Source: Macrostomum lignano
Taxonomy: Eukaryota
NCBI GenBank assembly: GCA_002269645.1
Contig: NIVC01001557.1
Location: 62,001-126,000 of the forward strand
Reading direction: 5' to 3'
DNA: 64,000 bases
Of the stretch, positions 49,770-63,285 are shown one piece after another. Both the position numbers and the translations under genes were made by a program. Every line of letters begins with the position of its first letter. Within the stretch, counting starts at the first letter, position 1. The notes under the pieces are model-generated. The model made no database searches. It was not told the origin of the DNA and worked only from the letters and a program-made list of their open reading frames with translations.

Positions 49770-49890
49770 GAGGGGGCGCCAGCAACAGAGGGGCGCCAGC
49801 TGCAGAGGGGGCGCCAGCTACAGAGGGGACGCCAGCTACAGGAGGGGGCGCCAGCTTCAGACTTCAGAGGGAGCGCCAGCTACAGAGGGC
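49770..49890. repeat. 20-bp short tandem repeat
   Basis: GAGGGGGCGCCAGCTACAGA-type units, about x5. Confidence 0.8.
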
Positions 49891-51385
49891 TTATAGTACA
49901 AATGTTAGAGTGACAAGAAATACCTACCAACGGTGCGATCGCAGAAACCGGGCTCATTTGGTTGTGGTGTGAATGAGCACTGTGCCTATAGCAATGAGCC
50001 TATAAATGCCTTGATTTTGATCTGTGCAATCACGTTTTCAATAGAGCTTACTAGCATTTCATGCTACTTCTAAGTAGCATAAAAAGTTCGACTCCATGAC
50101 AAGAAGCAAAAATTTATTAAGAAATAAACAAACAAACCAGAATCCACACGATTGACTGCAGCTAACAGAAAGACCAATTTAGTAGGCTTTCCTGCTCTTT
50201 GCCTGCTCTGCAAAAGAAATTGAACGCAAACTCGCCACATTTCATGGATATTATATTTATAAATGAAAGATATTATTACTGTTAGTAGTATAAGGTTGTT
50301 GCTTTTTCTGCTACATACACCATTAGCACAACACAACAGGCCAGCCAACATGGATATTGCTAGGAAAATTGAAATTTCTTTGCAGCAAAAAACACGCAAG
50401 CGTATGCCGCCGCTTATTAAAGTCAAAATGACAAGTTGAAATGAAAATGAAGCATCAGTTAGTTTAGCATAATTTGATAAGCAGAGCTCAACCCAAATTA
50501 GCTAAAAATGGAATAATCTTATATTTATTGAATTATTAATCATTTTTCTGCCTTTTCTGAAGTAGGAAAACGATGAGCACGCGGTGTTTTGACGGACGCG
50601 CTGAAACGAAATCAAACTGAAGCGAAATTTTTTTTGAAGCGACAACAAAACAAACCGAAACCACGGGCAGATGGAGAACACAAATTTTGCAAGTAAAACA
50701 TCTGTTATGGATTACATTCTGTAGGGGAGAGAGTGAGTTATGGCAGACAAACACGAGCGGCAGAAATAAACAAAGACTGGCGAGTATCTGAAGAATAAAG
50801 AGTTAATGGGAGGAATTTCTCGTGCCATCCAATTCTATTTAACAGACAGACCCCATCGAAGCAAAGTGGCTTTCGCGTGTACAATCTACACATGTTGTTA
50901 TTAACAGGCAAATTCTTAGTACACAAAAATTATAATAAATTTGGGACATATAAAATGGCTAGGTTACTACAATAACGCAAATCCTAAAGTCAATTGGGAT
51001 TTTTAATTTAGTACAAATATTAAAAGAAATTCTCATACACAAGCATGAGGAGAAGACTCACACTTTACGATCGCGACAACTCACGTTGCTATGAGACTTC
51101 AAATATCACGTCTCATATCTCAAATTGAAGTCTAATATCATCTCACGTCAACCTCTGATCTCATATCTCACTTCAATATCTAATCTCGTTTCTCACTTTA
51201 ATATCTAATCTCGTTTCTCACGTCAATATCTAATCTCATATCTCACGTTAATATCATATCTCATACAATCGCATATAACTCGAGATATACTTGATCTCGA
51301 TCTTTGAGCACAGTTTGAGGCTAGGGTTGATCGACCAAGACAATCTCACTGAGCTCCTTGAGCCAGTGTGTTGAGTAACTCAAGT

Positions 51386-51637
51386 TTATTTGACAAAATT
51401 CTGCTCAAGCGGCGGCTCCTCAGAGGCGTCCATGGGCACGCTGGGCCGCCTGATGTACTCCGGCTGGGCCTGGCCTCGGGCGCACTCGGCCGAGATTCGA
51501 ACTTCGCACACGTCAGAGCCGGGCGTCTCGTAGCGCGGCACCAACAGCAGCGCCTCGAGGATGGCGCGCAGGCCTCGCGCCCCTGTCTGGCGCCTCTGGG
51601 CCTGCTGAGCGATCTCCAGCAGCGCCTCTTGCGTCAC
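51386..51637 (-). CDS. CLPX: ClpX exon 6 (terminal)
   Basis: VTQEALLEIAQQA...TGARGLRAILE...stop. The summed CDS is 1953 nt = 651 codons with consistent phases. Confidence 0.93.
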   Translation of the reverse strand: MTQEALLEIAQQAQRRQTGARGLRAILEALLLVPRYETPGSDVCEVRISAECARGQAQPEYIRRPSVPMDASEEPPLEQNFVK

Positions 51638-51649
51638 CTGGCGGGGGAA

Positions 51650-52830
51650 GGAAGCCAGACTGAATAAAGGTTTGACCTGAGGATCTGAAGTCAGACTGAA
51701 GGTTTGACCTGAGGATCTGAAGCCAGACTGAATGAAGGTTTGACCTGAGGAGCTGAAGCCAGACTGAAGGTTTGACCTGAGGATCTGAAGCCAGACTGAA
51801 GGTTTGACCTGAGTATCTGAAGCCAGACTGAATGAAGGTTTGACCTGAGGAGCTGAAGCCAGACTGAATGAAGGTTGGACCTGAGGATCTGAAGCCAGAC
51901 TGAATGAAGGTTGGACTTGAGGATCTGAAGCCAGACTGAATGAAGGTTTGACCTGAGGATCTGAAGCCAGACTGAATAAGGGTTTGACTTTGACCTGAGG
52001 ATCTGAAGCCAGACTGAATGAAGGTTTGACCTGAGGATCTGAAGCCAGACTGAATGAAGGTTTGACCTGAGGATCTGAAGCCAGACTGAATGAAGGTTTG
52101 ACCTGAGGATCTGAAGCCAGACTGAATGAAGGTTTGACCTGAGGATCTGAAGCCAGACTGAATGAAGGTTTGACCTGAGGATCTGAAGCCAGACTGAATG
52201 AAGGTTGGACCTGAGGATCTGAAGCCAGACTGAATGAAGGTTTGACCTGAGGATCTGAAGCCAGACTGAATGAAGGTTTGACCTGAGGATCTGAAGCCAG
52301 ACTGAAGGTTTGACTTGAGGATCTGAAGCCAGACTGAATGAAGGTTTGACCTGAGGAGCTGAAGCCAGACTGAATGAAGGTTGGACTTGAGGATCTGAAG
52401 CCAGACTGAAGGTTGGACCTGAGGATCTGAAGCCAGACTGAAGGTTTGACCTGAGTATCTGAAGCCAGACTGAAGGTTTGACCTGAGGATCTGAAGCCAG
52501 ACTGAAGGTTGGACCTGAGGATCTGAAGCCAGACTGAATGAAGGTTTGACCTGAGTATCTGAAGCCAGACTGAATGAAGGTTTGACCTGAGGATCTGAAG
52601 CCAGACTGAAGGTTTGACATGAGAATCTGAAGCCAGACTGAAGGTTGGACCTGAGGATCTGAAGCCAGAATGAATGAAGGTTTGACCTGAGGATCTGAAG
52701 CCAGACTGAATGAAGGTTTGACCTGAGGATCTGAAGCCAGACTGAAGGTTTGACATGAGGATCTGAAGCCAGACTGAAGGTTTGACATGAGGATCTGAAG
52801 CCAGACTGAAGGTTTGACCTGAGTATCTAG
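51650..52830. repeat. 28/32-bp minisatellite, ClpX intron 5
   Basis: GACCTGAGGATCTGAAGCCAGACTGAA(TGAA)GGTTT. Confidence 0.95.
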
Positions 52831-52874
52831 ACGAGAAGCCTGAAGGCCTAGATGTCTAGAAGCTGGAAACTCAC

Positions 52875-53239
52875 CTCCAGGTTGCATTGGTCCATGCCGA
52901 ACAGCAGTTTGTACTGGCTGATGAGGGCATTGCGAGGCTCCACGAGAATTCTGGCCAGCATAGCGGCGTCCAGGCTGTGCAGGACGCTGATGACGGGGAA
53001 CCGGCCGACAAACTCGGGGATCATGCCGAAGTCGATGAGGTCGCGAGCTTCAACCCGCGACAGCACCTTGTCGTCATCTGTCAGCGGGTCGCCGGTGGAC
53101 ACGGGCTGGTTGAAGCCGACGCCTCGTTGTTGCTCACGGCGGCGGACAATCTTGGCCAGGCCGTTGAAGGCGCCGGAGGCGATGAATAAAATGTTGGACG
53201 TGTCCACCGCCACCGTCTCGCCGCGCTCGCGCCGGTTGC
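52875..53239 (-). CDS. CLPX: ClpX exon 5
   Basis: [17 protein letters not shown]...[16 protein letters not shown]...ILVEPRNAL; donor GAG|GTGAGT. Confidence 0.95.
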
Positions 53240-53751
53240 CTGGGGATTTTTATTGGGATGGGGAATAAGAGTGGCATTTGTAAGAATTGAATTCCTGAGG
53301 ATATGTGGTCTCTAATGATGAGATCAGTAACGATGGGGTTACTAGTAATGGAGCAATGGGATTAAAAGAATCAGATTACTTTACTTAGTATGGGGTTTTG
53401 AAGGACTGGATAGGATGGCATGAGATTGATGAAGCTGGCATTAATGAAGCTGGGATTGAAAAAGCTGGATTGATGAGGCTGTTATTGCCATTGGTGAGGT
53501 TGCGATTGATGAAGCTAAGATTGATGAGGCTGGGATTGATGAAGCTGAGATTGGTGAGACTGGGATTGATGAAGCTCGGATTGAAGTTGAGATTGATGAG
53601 GCTGGGATTGATGAAGCTGAGATTGGTGAGGCTGGGATTGATGAAGCTGAGATTGATGAGGCTGGAACTTTTCAGTATTGGATAGTTAAGGCTAAGGGAT
53701 TGATGAGAATCGGGTTACAACCAACAGATCCTCATAGAAGGCCTCACTCAC

Positions 53752-54333
53752 CCTTCGGCGCGTTAACAATGGTTCCCTCGACCATCTTGAGCATGCCCTG
53801 CTGCACTCCTTCGCCGCCAACGTCCCTAGTAGCGTGCATGCCGCCGACACGGCTGCTGATCTTGTCGATCTCATCCAAGAACACGATGCCAGCCTCCGCT
53901 CGTTCAACGCTGAACCCGGCGTCCTGCAGCAGCTTGCCGACCACGGATTCGACATCCTCGCCAACGTAGCCGGCCTGGGTGAGGGTGGTGCAGTCGCAGA
54001 TGGCGAACGGCACGTCCAGGCACTGGGCGAGGGTCTGCGCTAGCAGGGTCTTGCCGCAGCCAGTCGGGCCCAGCAGCAGGATGTTGCTCTTGTCAATGCG
54101 GGTCCGGTGCTGCTCGCTCTGCAGCTGGTCGGAGCCGCGGCTGTTCGACCAGCCGTTCGATGATGAAGCGCCATCAGATGCTGAGGAGCCGCTGGCGCCG
54201 CTGCCAGATGATGATGAGGACGACTTTGAGCCCGAGAATCGAAGGCTGCCGACTCCGCCGCCGCCGCTGCCGCCGCGCGGTCCCAGGACTGAGCCGTGGG
54301 GACCGCTAGTGACTCCCGTCATGTTCATCAGGT
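53752..54333 (-). CDS. CLPX: ClpX exon 4 (Walker A/B)
   Basis: [55 protein letters not shown]. Confidence 0.96.
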
Positions 54334-54360
54334 CTGAGCGGATGCGGCGGTGTGAGACTT

Positions 54361-55100
54361 GATCCCATGGGATTCTGAGATTATATTATCCCATGGGATT
54401 CTGTCTGAGATTATATTATCCCATGGGATTCTGTCTGAGATTATATTATCCCATGGGATTCTGAGATTATATTATCCCATGGGATTCTGAGATTATATTA
54501 TACCATGGGATTCTGTCTGAGATTATATTATCCCATGGGATTCTGTCTGAGATTATATTATCCCATGGGATTGAGATTATATTATCCCATGGGATTCTGA
54601 GATTATATTATACCATGGGATTCTGAGATTATATTATACCATGGGATTCTGTCTGAGGTTATATTATCCCATGGGATTCTGAGATTATATTATGCCATGG
54701 GATTCTGTCTGAGGTTATATTATCCCATGGGATTCTGAAATTATATCATCCCATGGGATTCTGAGATTATATTATGCCATGGGATTCTAAAATTATATTA
54801 TTCCATGGGATTCTGAGATTATATTATACCATGGGATTCTGAGATTATATTATTCCATGGGATTCTGAGATTATATTATACCATGGGATTCTGAGATTAT
54901 ATTATACCATGGGATTCTGAGGTTATATTATGCCATGGGATTCTGAGGTTAAATTATCCCATGGGATTCTGAGATTATATTATGTCATGGGATTCTGAGA
55001 TTATATTATACCATGGGATTCTGAGATTATATTTTACCATGGGATTCTGAGATTATATTATGTCATGGGATTCTGAGATTATATTATACCATGGGATTCT
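54361..55100. repeat. 26-30-bp minisatellite with a palindromic core, ClpX intron 3
   Basis: ATCCCATGGGAT TCTGAGATTATATT units. Confidence 0.93.
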
Positions 55101-55464
55101 GGGGAGCTCTACTAAGATAATCTCATGGTATAGCTAATTTACTAGGCTGACGAAACCATAAAACAGGAAATCAGAAACGCTAGAGTGACAACAAAAAACA
55201 GAAAAGCAACATGAGAACTGGACTGTCAAATCTTGCTTAAAACGAATACTTTATGTAAATCTACGAGTATTTACTAAAATACCTTTAACACTGCGCGGCC
55301 TCTTGCTGGTGGCCAAATCCAGTGCATTTTTTATGGAATCGCCTGATTTTCAAAGACGCGGTAATTGGAGGTAAATTTTATGGAATCTTTTGTAGCAATT
55401 GGTGATAATAGCCTGAATTAAATTGCACCCTGGCCCTGGTGCAAGTGCATGTAAATGCCCGGAG

Positions 55465-55790
55465 AAGAACAACAGCAACTGAGGATCTGGGAGGCTGGTG
55501 GCTCAGCAACTGAGGATCTGGGAGGCTGGTGGCTCAGCAACTGAGGATCTGGAAGGCTGGCTAAGCAACTGAGGATCTGGGAGGCTGGTGGCTCAGCAAC
55601 TAAGGATCTGGAAGGCTGGCTCAGCAACTGAGGATCTGGGAGGCTGGTGGCTCAGCAACTGCGGATCTGGGAGGCTGGCTCAGCAACTGATGATCTGGGA
55701 GGCTGGCCCAGCAACTGAGGATCTGGGAGGCTGGCCCAGCAACTGAGGATCTGGGAGGCTGGCCCAGCAACTGAGGATCTGGGAGGCTGG
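55465..55790. repeat. 28-32-bp minisatellite, ClpX intron 3
   Basis: CAGCAACTGAGGATCTGGGAGGCTGG(TGG)CT. Confidence 0.9.
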
Positions 55791-55832
55791 GAATCTAATC
55801 TAGAGACCCTTATTGCAACCCCTGGGCCTCAC

Positions 55833-56070
55833 CGGCAGTGGTGAAGGCCTCAGGACCACCAAAGCCGCCGCCGCCGCCATCCCGAATAGTCAGCTGACTG
55901 CCGAGCGAGCCGGGCCCCACCTGAGCGGAGGTGGCCGCCTGCTGCTGCTGCTGCAGGATGAGGCCCTCCCGGTGGTGCTGCAGCCGGCGGTAGTGAGAGT
56001 ACACCTGCACGCTGAGCATGCGCTTGGCCGTGCTCTGCCCGACAACGAATTTGTCCAGGTAGGCGTTGAT
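55833..56070 (-). CDS. CLPX: ClpX exon 3
   Basis: INAYLDKFVVGQSTAKRMLSVQVYSHYRR plus polyQ; donor G|GTGAGG. Confidence 0.9.
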
Positions 56071-56156
56071 CTGCCAGGATGCAGCGATTCAAGATTATGG
56101 ATTCTGGGTTGGGATCTTAGGATTTGGGATTCTGAAAATAACAAAAAGAGACTCAC

Positions 56157-56278
56157 TTTTTTAGGATAAGGGATCTCCTTCTCCTTGATTGAATCGGCCG
56201 TCTTTGCCGCGTCCTCCCGGCCTTCCGGTTGGCACAGGAAAAACTGCTGGCAATTGCTGCACTGAAGAAAGACGCTCA
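56157..56278 (-). CDS. CLPX: ClpX exon 2 (second CxxC of the zinc finger)
   Basis: LSVFLQCSNCQQFF...IPYPKK; donor AAA|GTGAGT. Confidence 0.88.
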
Positions 56279-56339
56279 CTGCGGTTGATGGGGAACCGTT
56301 TGCAGTAGTTAGGGGCTGACTGTCAATCAGTCAATCAGT

Positions 56340-56433
56340 GTGTCTACCTATTTTACTGTCTGTCTGTCTGTCTGTGTCTTTGTGTCTGTCTGTCTGTCTG
56401 CCTGTGTCTTAGTGTCTGTCTGTCATAGGGTCC

Positions 56434-56475
<42 letters not shown>

Positions 56476-56673
56476 GTCTTTGTGTCTGTCTGTCTGTCTG
56501 CCTGTGTCTTAGTGTCTGTCTGTCTGTCTGCCTGTGTCTTTGTGTCCGTCTGTCTGTCTGCCTGTCTGTCTGTCTGTCTGTCTGTATGTATGTCTGTCTG
56601 TATGTATGTCTGTCTGTCTGTCTGTGTCTTAGTGTCTGTCTGTCATAGGGTCCGTCTGTCTGTCATAGGGTCC

Positions 56674-56713
<40 letters not shown>

Positions 56714-56716
56714 GCC

Positions 56717-56755
<39 letters not shown>

Positions 56756-56800
56756 GTCTTAGTGTCTGTCTGTCATAGGGTCCGTCTGTCTGTCTGTCTC
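56340..56800. repeat. (GTCT)n microsatellite, ClpX intron 1
   Basis: Direct reading of the sequence. Confidence 0.95.
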
Positions 56801-56806
56801 ACTCAC

Positions 56807-57200
56807 AGCCGGACGCATTCATAGGCGAGATGGTCAGGGCCCCACAGTTTGGGCACTGCATGGTGGACGAGAAATGGCCGCCGCCGCTACCGCCGCCGCT
56901 CGCACCAGCAGCCCCGGCGCCGCCGCTTTTGCCCGCCGACTTGCCGCCGCCGCCGCCACGGTTGGCAGGACCGCCGCCGCCGCCCGACTTCCGACTGCCG
57001 TTGCCGCCGCCGGCGCCTCCGCCAACGCCGCCGTAGGAGCAGCGAGCGGCTGACAAGCTGAAGTAGCGCTGCTGCCCGAGTCGCAGGCGGTGCCCAACGC
57101 CGCCCTGACGAAAAGCGGCCTGGTGCTGGCGACCCGGCAACGAAACAGCGGCGGCGGAAGCCAGAATGGCTTGGCGAGGGCCTGCGCGAGTGAAATTCAT
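56807..57200 (-). CDS. CLPX: mitochondrial ClpX exon 1 (targeting peptide, Gly-rich, CPNC)
   Basis: ATG at 57200; Arg/Ala-rich presequence; CPNCG; donor T|GTGAGT, phase 1. Confidence 0.85.
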
Positions 57201-60200
57201 TCACAGCTTTTATCTACTGAGGCATCTGTGCTCAGCCATAATTATGGATTATGCCTATGGACTCCTGGGCCTGTGGCAGAACATTAACAAACTGCTCACC
57301 AATCAAAACGCAGACTCCATGAGACAGTCCCTTCAAATACGTCACCTTTGAAGTCATGCTGAGCTGTTGCTTGGCTTAGCTGAAGTGCAAATTGAAATGA
57401 TTCATTTTAATAAATAGACAAACCTAATTACTTAGTCATAAGAGATGGCCTATCTTATATTTGTGATTCCGTATCTTCTACCAGGTTTTTTCATCAAAAA
57501 TATGCCATTAGCAGAAAAATGGTTCATTTTGTTGTATTATAATTTCTATCTAATCTTTTCTTATTCAACCAATTGCATATAATCACTACTAGGTAAAATT
57601 ATTAACTTCAATTTTATCAGCCTTTATACATTAGTGATGCTTTAAGCATATCTGACTTTTCACTTTTTTCATACACAAAAATTGTAATTGTTACTTTTGA
57701 CATATGGACTTTAATAGAAGATATCATTCATATATTCTAGGCCCTATGCAGGCTAATATAATTTAAAACTTTAAACTAAAATGTTGAGATATTTATTACA
57801 TACAAATATTGATTAATAAAAATATATAAACCTAGTTTTTTAAATAAAATTATATATATATATATATAATTTAATTTATAATTTAATATAGATAATTTAA
57901 AACAATAGTTGAATAGATATATATATATATAATTGATATATATATATTGATATATAAATTGATATATATCTATTCAACTATTGTTTTTTTAGTTTTTTTT
58001 GCTAAATTAGGGCCTATAAAGATTGACATTGCATCTTATGTAAAATTTAAATTCTATATAGTATTACATAGACAAAATGCATGCAATATTTTTTTTATAT
58101 TTTTGCTATGAGGCTAAAATATGCTTATAGTAAAAAGTAGAAGCATAAAAAATAAGATATAGCCATGATTGCAAAAATCCTCCAATTGTAACACTCAAGT
58201 ACAATCTTTATATTCCATTTTTTGTATAATAAGGAGGTCTACTTTATAACAAATATCTTGTGAATATAAGTAAAGATTGTAGGCCTACTTTAGTAAGCTA
58301 CAATTATGATTTTTGTAGTTGCCCTACATTCTATATATATTTCAATTCTTATTATTTTCCATTGGGTAAGGGCCTATCATATAACAAAATTGATATAAAT
58401 AATTAATTGGGCAATGGATAGGCTCCCCCTATCATAAAATGAAAGAATTCCTGATAAATTTATAATGCTAAATACCTCTTAAGGTTTTTTTAACTTAATG
58501 TAATTGTAATGTCAATATGCATAGGCCTAATTTTCTATCTTATTAATTAGAACAAAATAAAACTATGTTTACTAAAGATAGGCTGGTGTAATTTAAAAGG
58601 TTGCACATTGATATATTCAACTTAACTAAGCCTACTTGTGCAGTCAGTTCCTCTGTTCCCTGTTGACAACATAACATGGCAAATTAAAGAGGAAAATGTT
58701 ACTTAATGATGTTATGACTCACGAGTACAAGCTCTGGAGTCTGGAGTCTAAATCTATCTGGAAAGCCAAATAAATTAAATGGAAAGGCCCTATTCATACC
58801 AGCTAGCTGCTACTGTTATTCGGCCCTAGCAACTTTTTAAATATTGGCTAGGCAGCCTAGGCGTGGCGGAGGAAAAAGGCTGTGGCTAGGCTAAGGCCTA
58901 GTCTAGATTAAATCTAAGCGTATCTATCCAGGCACTAACAATAATTTAGAAAATTTATAACTGGCATGACTGACATAAATGAAGGTTTAAATAACGAGTA
59001 GTCCTAAATGACAAAAAATTAGATGAGCATCGGTATACAATCTATCTCAAATGTTAAAAAAGTTAAAAATATTATTTTTTCCAAAATTGTATGGGAAATT
59101 GAAGTTGAAAAACACCAAATTCCGAGAACTTTTTATTAGGATAAAACAAAATTAGATAAAGTATATTTTTTTGTCCTAAAAAATAAAAATTGCTACCGTG
59201 TTTTTATAAGAAATATTTAAACTGTATCTTAATGCGTGATTATTACTTTTAATAATATAATTTTTCAGAAAGAATTGCGATTCGGCTTGGCAATTTCGAC
59301 CTGATATCACTTGAAGAATCCATTAAAAGCATTTGAAAAACTTAAACTTGTGTTTAATTTATTCAGCATAAGCGATCTCTTTTGCATGCACCTTTACATG
59401 CATCTACATAGGTACACTACTGTTTAAGATACACACCAAGTTACATTTAATATATAGTGTGTAGACGTGTTGTACATTTGTACACGCGATTCTAAATGAT
59501 ACAACATGATGTGGAAATACACGTACCATGTGCTGCATGTATTAAATATTTCATACATTACGTTCCTTGCTCTTATTGTTAGTGTTAATATTGTACTTTT
59601 AAGTTTCGCTGGTAGAGTAGATCTACATGGTATACATGCACATTATATTCTATACTTCGATCACCAAACGCGCATTTTGCACTTACATGCACTGTACATT
59701 GCAATGTAGTCCACATTTTGCCTCAGCTCTCTCATTATGGAGATTTAAGTCTGTCAAATTGCACAAAGATTTTCGTGTATTACCGCTATTTAAAGATTTA
59801 ACTCACAAGATTAAACGAGCAGGGGATTTTCGAACTAATTGCAGGGGGTGAAGGAATGAGACATGCATGTTCAATCACGGCATGCGCTGATCTGCCAGTC
59901 AGTATTTAAATGTCTGCAGCTCAGGTCGCATAATTACATGTTGCTGCTGTCGGGAGTTCAGCTGCTGCGTCACATTCAAAGACGATAAACCGGATTTTCG
60001 ACCGCGAGTCTAGATACGAGATCAGATAGCTAAATATTTTCTCAAGGCGGGATCGCCCGCATATATAAATTTACATGCATGGGCAACTTTGACTGACAAA
60101 AGGAGACATATATATATACAATTTGTACAAAGTTTTACTGCCTGATCAAAAGTTCTCGTGTTCAAAGTAAACAAACAAAACCACTGAAAATGTTGTCCAG

Positions 60201-60204
60201 CTGC

Positions 60205-62040
60205 TCTCCATACCTGCCTCCCTACCTCCCTACCTCCCTACCTCCCTACCTCCCTACCTCCCTACCTCCCTACCTCCCTACCTCCCTACCTCCCTACCTC
60301 CCTACCTCCCTACCTCCCTACCTCCCTACCTCCCTACCTCCCTACCTCCCTACCTCCCTGCCTCCCTACCTTCCTGCCTCCCTACCTCCCTACCTCCCTA
60401 CCTCCCTACCTACCTACCTCCCTACCTCCCTACCTCCCTGCCTCCCTACCTCCCTGCCTCCCTACCTCCCTACCTCCCTACCTTCCTGCCTCCCTGCCTC
60501 CCTATAGCTACCTCCCTACCTTCCTGCCTCCCTGCCTCCCTACCTCTCTATAGCTACCTCCCTACCTCCCAACCTCCCAACCTCCCTGCCTCCCTACCTC
60601 CCTACCTCTCTATAGCTACCTCCCAACCTCCCTGCCTCCCTACCTCCCTACCTCTCTATAGCTACCTCCCTACCTCCCTGCCTCGCTACCTCCCTGCCTC
60701 CCTACCTCTCTATAGCTACCTCCCTACCTCCCAACCTCCCAACCTCCCTGCCTCCCTACCTCCCTACCTCTCTATAGCTACCTCCCTACCTCCCAACCTC
60801 CCAACCTCCCTGCCTCCCTACCTCCCTACCTCTCTATAGCTACCTCCCTACCTCCCTGCCTCGCTACCTCCCTGCCTCCCTACCTCTCTATAGCTACCTC
60901 CCTACCTCCCTGCCTCGCTACCTCCCTGCCTCCCTACCTCTCTATAGCTACCTCCCCTACCTCCCTGCCTCGCTACCTCCCTATAGCTACCTCCCTACCT
61001 CCCTGACTCCCTACCTCCCTACCTCTCCCTACCTCCCTACCTCCCTGACTCCCTACCTCCCTACCTCTCCCTACCTCCCTACCTCTCCCTACCTCCCTGC
61101 CTCGCTACCTCCCTATAGCTACCTCCCTACCTCCCTGACTCCCTACCTCCCTACCTCTCCCTACCTCCCTACCTCCCTGACTCCCTACCTCCCTACCTCT
61201 CCCTACCTCCCTACCTCCCTGACTCCCTACCTCCCTACCTCCCTGCCTCGCTACCTCCCTGCCTCCCTACCTCTCTATAGCTACCTCCCTACCTCCCTGC
61301 CTCGCTACCTCCCTATAGCTACCTCCCTACCTCCCTGACTCCCTACCTCCCTACCTCTCCCTACCTCCCTACCTCCCTGACTCCCTACCTCCCTACCTCT
61401 CCCTACCTCCATACCTCTCCCTACCTCCCTACCTCCTACCTCCCTACCTCCCTACCTCCCTAGCTACCTCCCTACCTCTCCCTACCTCCCTACCTCCCTA
61501 CCTCCCTGCCTCCCTACCTCCCTACCTCTCTATAGCTACCTCCCTACCTCCCTGCCTCGCTACCTCCCTGCCTCCCTACCTCTCTATAGCTACCTCCCTA
61601 CCTCCCTGCCTCGCTACCTCCCTGCCTCCCTACCTCTCTATAGCTACCTCCCTACCTCCCTGCCTCGCTACCTCCCTATAGCTACCTCCCTACCTCCCTG
61701 ACTCCCTACCTCCCTACCTCTCCCTACCTCCCTACCTCCCTGACTCCCTACCTCCCTACCTCTCCCTACCTCCCTACCTCCCTGACTCCCTACCTCCCTA
61801 CCTCTCCCTACCTCCCTACCTCTCCCTACCTCCCTACCTCCTACCTCCCTACCTCCCTACCTCCCTAGCTACCTCCCTACCTCTCCCTACCTCCCTACCT
61901 CCCTACCTCCCTGCCTCCCTGCCTCCCTACCTCTCTATAGCTACCTCCCTACCTCCCTGCCTCGCTACCTCCCTGCCTCCCTACCTCTCTATAGCTACCT
62001 CCCTACCTCCCTGCCTCCCTACCTCCCTGCCTCCCTACCT
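60205..62040. repeat. pyrimidine-rich (CCTACCTC)n satellite with higher-order variants
   Basis: 8-bp and 12-bp units with recurrent CTCTATAGCTA markers. Confidence 0.96.
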
Positions 62041-62639
62041 TTTAGGTTAATACAGACCAGAAAATTCTAACCCAGTCAATATTGTCTCATTCGTCAGAAT
62101 GCAATTGAATTATTCTAGTTAAAAATCCATTTTGTTACAAAATCAATAAGCTAAACTGAAACAAAGATTCATAAAAACGACTAAATCATCAAGGCTACAA
62201 GAATAAAAGCAAGTCATATCAAAAGATGAGCATCGGGTCTGGCTCCTATCATAAGCTAAAAAAAAACCGAAAAATTTGATGCTGAAAGAATCAAAGACTA
62301 TTCGCCGTAATTAATTTTTCGCTAAAACCGGCCTTCTAAAATTTTTCCAAGAAAGCGTAGTTTCCCGTCCCTCTAATTGGGTAGTCCTTGCTTTCATATA
62401 GCACTTGTACATCACTACTTGACACGATGTCGGAGTCCTGATGAGAGTCTGACTCTCCAATCAGATCAGCTTGCTTCCTTGCAGATCAAAATCCGGAAAC
62501 GAAATTACTTTTTCCATCAGTATCGCTTCAAAGGTGAGCTCACAGCATGCCCAGAAAGCTTTCTACAATTTGCTTGTTGTGTGAGTCATCCTTCTAGCCC
62601 TACAGTCTGCGACAGTGCCTTAAAAACAACATGCCAGGT

Positions 62640-63285
62640 AGATGAAGTTTCCCCGGTCTGTGAAGTTTCCCCGGTCTGTGAAGTTTCCCTGGTTGGGGAA
62701 GTTTCCCCGGTTGGGGAAGTTTCCCCGGTCTGTGAAGTTGCCCTGGTTGGGGAAGTTTCCCCGGTTGGGAATTTTCCCTGGTTGGGGAAGTTTCCCTGGT
62801 TGGTGAAGTTTCCCTGGTTGGGGAAGTTGCCCTGGTTGGGGAAGTTTCCCTGGTTGGGGAAGTTTCCCTGGTTGGGGAAGTTTCCCTGGTTGGGGAAGTT
62901 TCTCTGGTTGGGGAAGTTTCCCTGGTTGGGGAAGTTTCCCTGGTTGGGGAAGTTTCCCTGGTTGGGGAAGTTTCCCTGGTTGGGGAAGTTTCCCTGGTTG
63001 GGGAAGTTTCTCTGGTTGGGGAAGTTTCCCTGGTTGGGGAAGTTTCCCTGGTTGGGGAAGTTTCCCTGGTTGGGGAAGTTTCTCTGGTTGGGGAAGTTTC
63101 CCTGGTTGGGGAAGTTTCCCTGGTTGGGGAAGTTTCCCTGGTTGGGGAAGTTTCCCTGGTTGGTGAAGTTTCCCTGGTTGGGGAAGTTTCCCTGGTTGGG
63201 GAAGTTTCCCTGGTTGGGGAAGTTTCCCTTGTTGGTGAAGTTTCCCTGGTTGGTGAAGTTTCCCTGGTTGGGGAAGTTTCCCTAG
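62640..63285. repeat. 18-bp minisatellite
   Basis: (GGGGAAGTTTCCCTGGTT)n. Confidence 0.95.

Noticed and set aside
51386-57200. Bacterial contamination or horizontal transfer of clpX
   Set aside because: Six spliceosomal exons, an N-terminal targeting-like peptide and the eukaryotic-type N-terminal region indicate ordinary mitochondrial CLPX.
62438-62500. Second hammerhead candidate (CTGATGA...GAAA)
   Set aside because: The helix after CUGAUGA is not followed by GAAA, and the later GAAA has no closing stem II.
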